From: an uncultured Elusimicrobia bacterium
GTDB lineage: Bacteria; Elusimicrobiota; Elusimicrobia; 2-01-FULL-59-12
Assembly (NCBI GenBank): GCA_963702895.1
Contig: OY969767.1
Location: 2,208,001-2,272,000, forward strand
Direction: 5' to 3'
Length of the DNA: 64,000 bases
Each line of letters begins with the position of its first letter. Positions within the stretch are counted from its first letter, which is position 1. A program made the position numbers and the translations under genes. Below the pieces are notes generated by a model, which was given only the letters and a program-made list of their open reading frames with translations, did no database searches and was not told where the DNA came from. Below are positions 46,901-55,900 of the stretch, piece by piece.

Positions 46901-49900
46901 GCCGGTGAGATTCGTCAGTCCCGTTCCAAGACCCGTAAAGCTTCCCGCTGCCACACCGTAGGTGACGCCCACGCCGCCCGCACTGGTCACGGTGAGACTG
47001 GAGGTCAGGGTCTTGACGCCTGAAATCGTTTGGTTGGTGTCCGTGTAGACGACGTTCGCCGGCAGGTCGCCTGAAGCGATGGTGGCGCTCACGAGTTTTT
47101 TGCTGCTGTCGGTTTTCACAAACTGGCTGGCCGTTAGGGGGTTGAGTTGCAGGCTGCCGGCGTTCACGATCAAGTTCGTGCTCACCGTCACATCGTTCTG
47201 GAACGTCTGCCAGGCCGTCCAGGTGTTGGTGGAGTTGAGCAAGGCGCTCGCGCTCGCCGGGTCCACCCACGTCGGAACGCTTCCTGCTCCGTTGGACTGC
47301 AGGACTTGACCGGAGCTGCCGCTTGCACCCGCAAGCTTCAGCGTGTTCTGGATATTGAGATCAAGAACCGTGCCGCTTGACACATAGAAGGTTGCCCCGG
47401 CTTGGAGGGTCTCCCGGATCAAAATGACGTCCGTGGCGGCATTGGTGATGAGATCACTCCATGCGCCGTTTTGGTAGCCGCGGAATTTAGCGCCGCTGGC
47501 GTTATAGTAGATCATGCCGTTGACCCCGACCGCCGGGTCCCCGGCGTCAGACTTGCGCGGCACAAGGATACTTCCCCCATCCCCTGTGATGTCCAAAAGC
47601 GCCTGGGGATTCGCTGTGCCGATGCCCACCAGGCCCCCCAACATCGCCAGATAAGCGTTCGAGGAGATGCTCACCGCCTGCCCGGAGGCTCCGAAGAGCG
47701 CGGCGTTCGCTACGGTGATGCTGGAGCCATAGGTCTGCGGCGCGCTCCAGAGCTGGTTTTTGTCCACATAGGCCACGGTTGACGGCAGCACCGTGCTGGC
47801 AATGCCCGTCACAATGTTGGCGCCGGTGAGATTCGTCAGTCCCGTTCCAAGGCCCGTAAAGCTTCCCGCTGCCACGCCGTAGGTGACGCCCACGCCGCCC
47901 GCACTGGTCACGGTGAGACTGGAGGTCAGGGTCTTGACGCCTGAAATCGTTTGGTTGGTGTCGGTGTAGACGACGTTCGCCGGCAGGTCGCCTGAAGCGA
48001 TGGTGGCGCTCACGAGTTTTTTGCTGCTGTCGGTTTTCACAAACTGGCTGGCCGTTAGAGGGTTGAGTTGCAGGCTGCCGGCGTTGACGATGAGGTTGGT
48101 GCTCACCGTCACATCGTTCTGGAACGTCTGCCAGGCCGTCCAGGTGTTGGTGGAATTGAGCAAGGCGCTTGCGCTGGCCGGGCTCACCCACGTGGGCGCG
48201 GCACCAGGACCCTGGCTCTGCAGCACCTGCCCGCTCGTCCCCGAATTGTTGCTCGCAAGCACGGCTCCGGAGACGACCAAGTTGGACGAGATCGTGACCG
48301 CCTGCCCAGAAGCACCGAGTAATGCGGCATTGGTCACCGTGACGCTCGACCCATACGTCTGCGGCGCGCTCCAAAGCTGGTTTTTGTCCACATAGGCCAC
48401 AGTCGACGGCAGCACCGTGCTGGCAATGCCCGTCACAATGTTGGCGCCGGTGAGATTCGTCAGTCCCGTTCCAAGGCCCGTAAAGCTGCCCGCTGCCACA
48501 CCGTAGGTGACGCCCACGCCGCCCGCACTGGTCACGGTGAGACTGGAGGTCAGGGTCTTGACGCCTGAAATCGTTTGGTTGGTGTCGGTGTAGACGACGT
48601 TCGCCGGCAGGTCGCCTGAAGCGATGGTGGCGCTCACGAGTTTTTTGCTGCTGTCGGTTTTCACAAACTGGCTGGCCGTTAGGGGGTTGAGTTGCAGGCT
48701 GCCGGCGTTCACGATCAAGTTCGTGCTCACCGTCACATCGTTCTGGAACGTCTGCCAGGCCGTCCAGGTGTTGGTGGAGTTGAGCAAGGCGCTCGCGCTC
48801 GCCGGGTCCACCCACGTCGGCGCGGCGCTCGCGCCACCCGACTGCAGAATCTGACCGCTTGATCCCACGCTGCCGTTGATCGAAAGCGGGGCGTTGGCGG
48901 TTAAGGTCAGGGTCCCGGCTGTCACACCGTAGCTCACCGCCGCGCCGCCGATGCTCGTCACCGTGACGCTTGAGCCATAGGTCTGCGGCGCGCTCCAAAG
49001 CTGGTTTTTGTCCACATAGGCCACGGTCGACGGCAGCACCGTGCTGGCAATGCCCGTCACAATGTTGGCGCCGGTGAGATTCGTCAGTCCCGTTCCAAGG
49101 CCCGTAAAGCTGCCCGCTGCCACACCGTAGGTGACGCCCACGCCGCCCGCACTGGTCACGGTGAGACTGGAGGTCAGGGTCTTGACGCCTGAAATCGTTT
49201 GGTTGGTGTCGGTGTAGACGACGTTCGCCGGCAGGTCGCCTGAGGCGATGGTGGCGCTCACGAGCTTCTTGTTCCCATCGGTCTTGACGAACTGGCTGGC
49301 GCTCAAGTCGTTGGCCGTGACGCTGCCGGCCACCACGCCGTAGGTCACGCTCACGCCGCTTGGCGAAGCGATGGTCTGGCCGCCGGTCCAGGTGTTGGTG
49401 GAGCTCAAGTACGCCACGGTCGACGGCAGCACCGTGCTGGCAATGCCCGTCACAATGTTGGCGCCGGTGAGATTCGTCAGTCCCGTTCCAAGACCCGTAA
49501 AGCTTCCCGCTGCCACGCCGTAGGTGACGCCCACGCCGCCCGCACTGGTCACGGTGAGACTGGAGGTCAGGGTCTTGACGCCTGAAATCGTTTGGTTGGT
49601 GTCCGTGTAGACGACGTTCGCCGGCAGGTCGCCTGAAGCGATGGTGGCGCTCACCAGCTTCTTGTCGGCATCGGTCTTCACAAATTGGCTGGCGGTGAGG
49701 GGGTTGAGTCGGACGCTGCCGGCGTTCACGATCAAGTTCGTGCTCACCGTCACATCGTTCTGGAACGTCTGCCAGGCCGTCCAGGTGTTGGTGGAGTTGA
49801 GCAAGGCGCTCGCGCTCGCCGGGTCCACCCACGTCGGCGCGGCGCTCGCGCCACCCGACTGCAGAATCTGACCGCTTGATCCCACGCTGCCGTTGATCGA

Positions 49901-52900
49901 AAGCGGGGCGTTGGCCGTCAAGGTCAAAGTCCCGGCTGTCACACCGTAGCTCACCGCCGCGCCGCCGATGCTCGTCACCGTGACGCTTGAGCCATAGGTC
50001 TGCGGCGCGCTCCAAAGCTGGTTTTTGTCCACATAGGCCACGGTCGACGGCAGCACCGTGCTGGCAATGCCCGTCACAATGTTGGCGCCGGTGAGATTCG
50101 TCAGTCCCGTTCCAAGGCCCGTAAAGCTGCCCGCTGCCACACCGTAGGTGACGCCCACGCCGCCCGCACTGGTCACGGTGAGACTGGAGGTCAGGGTCTT
50201 GACGCCTGAAATCGTTTGGTTGGTGTCGGTGTAGACGACGTTCGCCGGCAGGTCGCCTGAGGCGATGGTGGCGCTCACGAGCTTCTTGTTCCCATCGGTC
50301 TTGACGAACTGGCTGGCGCTCAAGTCGTTGGCCGTGACGCTGCCGGCCACCACGCCGTAGGTCACATTCAATCCACCGGAAGAGGTCATGATCTGGTTGG
50401 CCGTCCAGGTGTTGGTCGAGGCGAGTAGGGCGCTGGCCTGTGCCGGGTCCACCCACGTCGGAACGCTTCCTGCTCCGTTGGACTGCAGGACTTGACCGGA
50501 GCTGCCGCTTGCACCCGCAAGCTTCAGCGTGTTCTGGATATTGAGATCAAGAACCGTGCCGCTTGACACATAGAAGGTTGCCCCGGCTTGGAGGGTCTCC
50601 CGGATCAAAATGACGTCCGTGGCGGCATTGGTGATGAGATCACTCCATGCGCCGTTTTGGTAGCCGCGGAATTTCGCGCCGCTGGCGTTATAGTAGATCA
50701 TGCCGTTGACCCCGACCGCCGGGTCCCCGGCGTCAGACTTGCGCGGCACAAGGATACTTCCCCCATCCCCTGTGATGTCCAAAAGCGCCTGGGGATTCGC
50801 CGTGCCGATGCCCACCAGGCCCCCCAACATCGCCAGATAAGCGTTCGAGGAGATGCTCACCGCCTGCCCGGAGGCTCCGAAGAGCGCGGCGTTCGCTACG
50901 GTGACGCTTGAGCCATAGGTCTGCGGCGCGCTCCAAAGCTGGTTTTTGTCCACATAGGCCACAGTCGACGGCAGCACCGTGCTGGCAATGCCCGTCACAA
51001 TGTTGGCGCCGGTGAGATTCGTCAGTCCCGTTCCAAGGCCCGTAAAGCTGCCCGCTGCCACACCGTAGGTGACGCCCACGCCGCCCGCACTGGTCACGGT
51101 GAGACTGGAGGTCAGGGTCTTGACGCCTGAAATCGTTTGGTTGGTGTCGGTGTAGACGACGTTCGCCGGCAGGTCGCCTGAAGCGATGGTGGCGCTCACG
51201 AGTTTTTTGCTGCTGTCGGTTTTCACAAACTGGCTGGCCGTTAGAGGGTTGAGTTGCAGGCTGCCGGCGTTGACGATGAGGTTGGTGCTCACCGTCACAT
51301 CGTTCTGGAACGTCTGCCAGGCCGTCCAGGTGTTGGTCGAGGCCAGCAAGACGTCCGCTGAGCCAGGATTGACCCACGTCGGAACGGCGCCCGGGCCATT
51401 GGATTGCAGCACCTGCCCGGAGGAGCCGACGCCATTACCCGCCACCACCATGCTCGAGAACGTCACGCTCGACACGAAGGTCTGGCCCGCTGTCCAGGTG
51501 TTGGTAGATGAAAGGAGGCTGCTCGCGCCAGGGACAGCCACCCAGGTAGGAGCGGCCCCGGGCCCGTTACTTTGAAGGGTGTAACCACTGGAGCCCGCGC
51601 TTCCACCGGCGACGAGTTCCCCATTTAAGGTCAGGCTCCCCGCGACGACGCCATAAATGGCCCGAAGACCGCCAGGTCCCAAGACCGTGGCGCTCGACCC
51701 TACATAAAGGAAGTCCGGATAAGCGGTCGAACCTGCCTGCAAGGTATTGGTGTTCAAAATGTATTCGCCGGCACCGGCTGGTGCCCACGTGAGTCCGCCC
51801 GCGCCGTTATTGCTCAGAACACCGACGGTGTGGGCCGCTGGCCAGTTGTAGCTCAGCCCTTTGACGTTCACATCGCCTGTGGTGGTGACGCTGCCCGCCA
51901 CCAAACCGTAAGTCAGACCGATGCCGCCGGGCGCGCTCACGGCGATCGAAGAGACGTACATCTGCGTCGCCGTCCAGGTGTTGGTGGAATTGAGCAAGGC
52001 GCTCGCGCTCGCCGGGTCCACCCACGTCGGAACGCTTCCTGCTCCGTTGGACTGCAGGACTTGACCGGAGCTGCCGCTTGCACCCGCAAGCTTCAGCGTG
52101 TTCTGGATATTGAGATCAAGAACCGTGCCGCTTGACACATAGAAGGTTGCCCCGGCTTGGAGGGTCTCCCGGATCAAAATGACGTCCGTGGCGGCATTGG
52201 TGATGAGATCACTCCATGCGCCGTTTTGGTAGCCGCGGAATTTAGCGCCGCTGGCGTTATAGTAGATCATGCCGTTGACCCCGACCGCCGGGTCCCCGGC
52301 GTCAGACTTGCGCGGCACAAGGATACTTCCCCCATCCCCTGTGATGTCCAAAAGCGCCTGGGGATTCGCTGTGCCGATGCCCACCAGGCCCCCCAACATC
52401 GCCAGATAAGCGTTCGAGGAGATGCTCACCGCCTGCCCGGAGGCTCCGAAGAGCGCGGCGTTCGCTACGGTGATGCTGGAGCCATAGGTCTGCGGCGCGC
52501 TCCAAAGCTGGTTTTTGTCCACATAGGCCACGGTTGACGGCAGCACCGTGCTGGCAATGCCCGTCACAATGTTGGCGCCGGTGAGATTCGTCAGTCCCGT
52601 TCCAAGGCCCGTAAAGCTTCCCGCTGCCACGCCGTAGGTGACGCCCACGCCGCCCGCACTGGTCACGGTGAGACTGGAGGTCAGGGTCTTGACGCCTGAA
52701 ATCGTTTGGTTGGTGTCGGTGTAGACGACGTTCGCCGGCAGGTCGCCTGAGGCGATGGTGGCGCTCACGAGCTTCTTGTCGGCATCGGTCTTGACGAACT
52801 GGCTGGCGCTCAAGTCGTTGGCCGTGACGCTGCCGGCCACCACGCCGTAGGTCACATTCAATCCACCGGAAGAGGTCATGATCTGGTTGGCCGTCCAGGT

Positions 52901-55900
52901 GTTGGTCGAGGCGAGTAGGGCGCTGGCCTGTGCCGGGTCCACCCACGTCGGAACGCTTCCTGCTCCGTTGGACTGCAGGACTTGACCGGAGCTGCCGCTT
53001 GCACCCGCAAGCTTCAGCGTGTTCTGGATATTGAGATCAAGAACCGTGCCGCTCGAGACATAGAACGTCGCCCCGGCTTGGAGGGTCTCCCGGATCAAAA
53101 TGACGTCCGTGGCGGCATTGGTGATGAGATCACTCCATGCGCCGTTTTGGTAGCCGCGGAATTTCGCGCCGCTGGCGTTATAGTAGATCATGCCGTTGAC
53201 CCCGACCGCCGGGTCCCCGGCGTCAGACTTGCGCGGCACAAGGATACTTCCCCCATCCCCTGTGATGTCCAAAAGCGCCTGGGGATTCGCCGTGCCGATG
53301 CCCACCAGGCCCCCCAACATCGCCAGATAAGCGTTCGAGGAGATGCTCACCGCCTGCCCGGAGGCTCCGAAGAGCGCGGCGTTCGCTACGGTGACGCTTG
53401 AGCCATAGGTCTGCGGCGCGCTCCAAAGCTGGTTTTTGTCCACATAGGCCACCGTCGACGGCAGCACCGTGCTCGGGATGCCGCTCGCGATACTCGAGCC
53501 GGTGAGGCCCGTGAGCCCGGAGCCGAGACCCGTAAAGCTTCCCGCTGCCACACCGTAGGTGACGCCCACGCCGCCCGCACTGGTCACGGTGAGACTGGAG
53601 GTCAGGGTCTTGACGCCTGAAATCGTTTGGTTGGTGTCGGTGTAGACGACGTTCGCCGGCAGGTCGCCTGAAGCGATGGTGGCGCTCACGAGTTTTTTGC
53701 TGCTGTCGGTTTTCACAAACTGGCTGGCCGTTAGAGGGTTGAGTTGCAGGCTGCCGGCGTTGACGATGAGGTTGGTGCTCACCGTCACATCGTTCTGGAA
53801 CGTCTGCCAGGCCGTCCAGGTGTTGGTCGAGGCCAGCAAGACGTCCGCTGAGCCAGGATTGACCCACGTCGGAACGGCGCCCGGGCCATTGGATTGCAGC
53901 ACCTGCCCGGAGGAGCCGACGCCATTACCCGCCACCACCATGCTCGAGAACGTCACGCTCGACACGAAGGTCTGGCCCGCTGTCCAGGTGTTGGTAGATG
54001 AAAGGAGGCTGCTCGCGCCAGGGACAGCCACCCAGGTAGGAGCGGCCCCGGGCCCGTTACTTTGAAGGGTGTAACCACTGGAGCCCGCGCTTCCACCGGC
54101 GACGAGTTCCCCATTTAAGGTCAGGCTCCCCGCGACGACGCCATAAATGGCCCGAAGACCGCCAGGTCCCAAGACCGTGGCGCTCGACCCTACATAAAGG
54201 AAGTCCGGATAAGCGGTCGAACCTGCCTGCAAGGTATTGGTGTTCAAAATGTATTCGCCGGCACCGGCTGGTGCCCACGTGAGTCCGCCCGCGCCGTTAT
54301 TGCTCAGAACACCGACGGTGTGGGCCGCTGGCCAGTTGTAGCTCAGCCCTTTGACGTTCACATCGCCTGTGGTGGTGACGCTGCCCGCCACCAAACCGTA
54401 AGTCAGACCGATGCCGCCGGGCGCGCTCACGGCGATCGAAGAGACGTACATCTGCGTCGCCGTCCAGGTGTTGGTGGAATTGAGCAAGGCACTCGCGCTC
54501 GCCGGGTCCACCCACGTCGGTGCGGCGCTCGCGCCACCCGACTGCAGAATCTGACCGCTTGATCCCACGCTGCCGTTGATCGAAAGCGGGGCGTTGGCCG
54601 TCAAGGTCAAAGTCCCGGCTGTCACACCGTAGCTCACCGCCGCGCCGCCGATGCTCGTCACCGTGACGCTTGAGCCATAGGTCTGCGGCGCGCTCCAAAG
54701 CTGATTTTTGTCCACATAGGCCACGGTCGACGGCAGCACCGTGCTGGCAATGCCCGTCACAATGTTGGCGCCGGTGAGATTCGTCAGTCCCGTTCCAAGA
54801 CCCGTAAAGCTTCCCGCTGCCACGCCGTAGGTGACGCCCACGCCGCCCGCACTGGTCACGGTGAGACTGGAGGTCAGGGTCTTGACGCCTGAAATCGTTT
54901 GGTTGGTGTCGGTGTAGACGACGTTCGCCGGCAGGTCGCCTGAAGCGATAGTGGCGCTCACGAGCTTCTTGTCGGCATCGGTCTTCACAAATTGGCTGGC
55001 GGTGAGGGGGTTGAGTCGGACGCTGCCGGCATTGACAATCAAGTTCGTGCTCACCGTCACATCGTTCTGGAACGTCTGCCAGGCCGTCCAGGTGTTGGTG
55101 GAGTTGAGCAAGGCGCTCGCGCTCGCCGGGTCGACCCACGTCGGAACGCTTCCTGCTCCGTTGGACTGCAGGACTTGACCGGAGCTGCCGCTTGCACCTG
55201 CAAGCTTCAGCGTGTTCTGGATATTGAGATCAAGAACCGTGCCGCTTGACACATAGAACGTTGAACCGGGCTGCAGCGATTCCTTCACATGGATGTAATT
55301 GGTGTTGCCGTAGACCAACACATCCACATAAACTTTGGTCGCCGCATCGTAGGGCCCGGTGGGGTCGAGCAAGTTGTTGATCTGATGGCTGTTCATGCTC
55401 AAGGATTGGCTTTGGGCGCCGACACCTGTGATGTTCGGATAGATGCTGCTTTGCACGGCCGCCGGATAGACCGAAAGGGGCGTGATGGAGGAGGCAACGA
55501 CCGTGTTGGGCAGGGTGCCGTTTGCCAGGGCAGCCAGCGCCACGGACTGCGCCGGGAGGGCAATGGAGCTGCCCACCCGCAAGGCTTGGACGGTACCGCT
55601 CGAGACAAAGAAGGTCGCGCCGCTCTGGAGGCTGTCGCTCAAAAGGATGAAGGTGGTGGCCCCGCCGGCGAGGCTGCCGGCCGAGCCGGCGGAGGTGGCG
55701 TAAGAAGCGGTCGCGGCGTTGCCCGTGATGTCGATGCCGGCCGTTCCCGCGCTGATGTTCGCGGGGGTGAGGGCCGTCAGGCCTGAGCCCACGCCCGTGA
55801 AGCTGCCCGCGACGACACCGTAGGTGACGTTCAGGCCGCCGGAGGAGGTCATGATTTGGTTCGCCGTCCAGGTGTTGGTGGTGGCGAGCAGGGTGCTCGC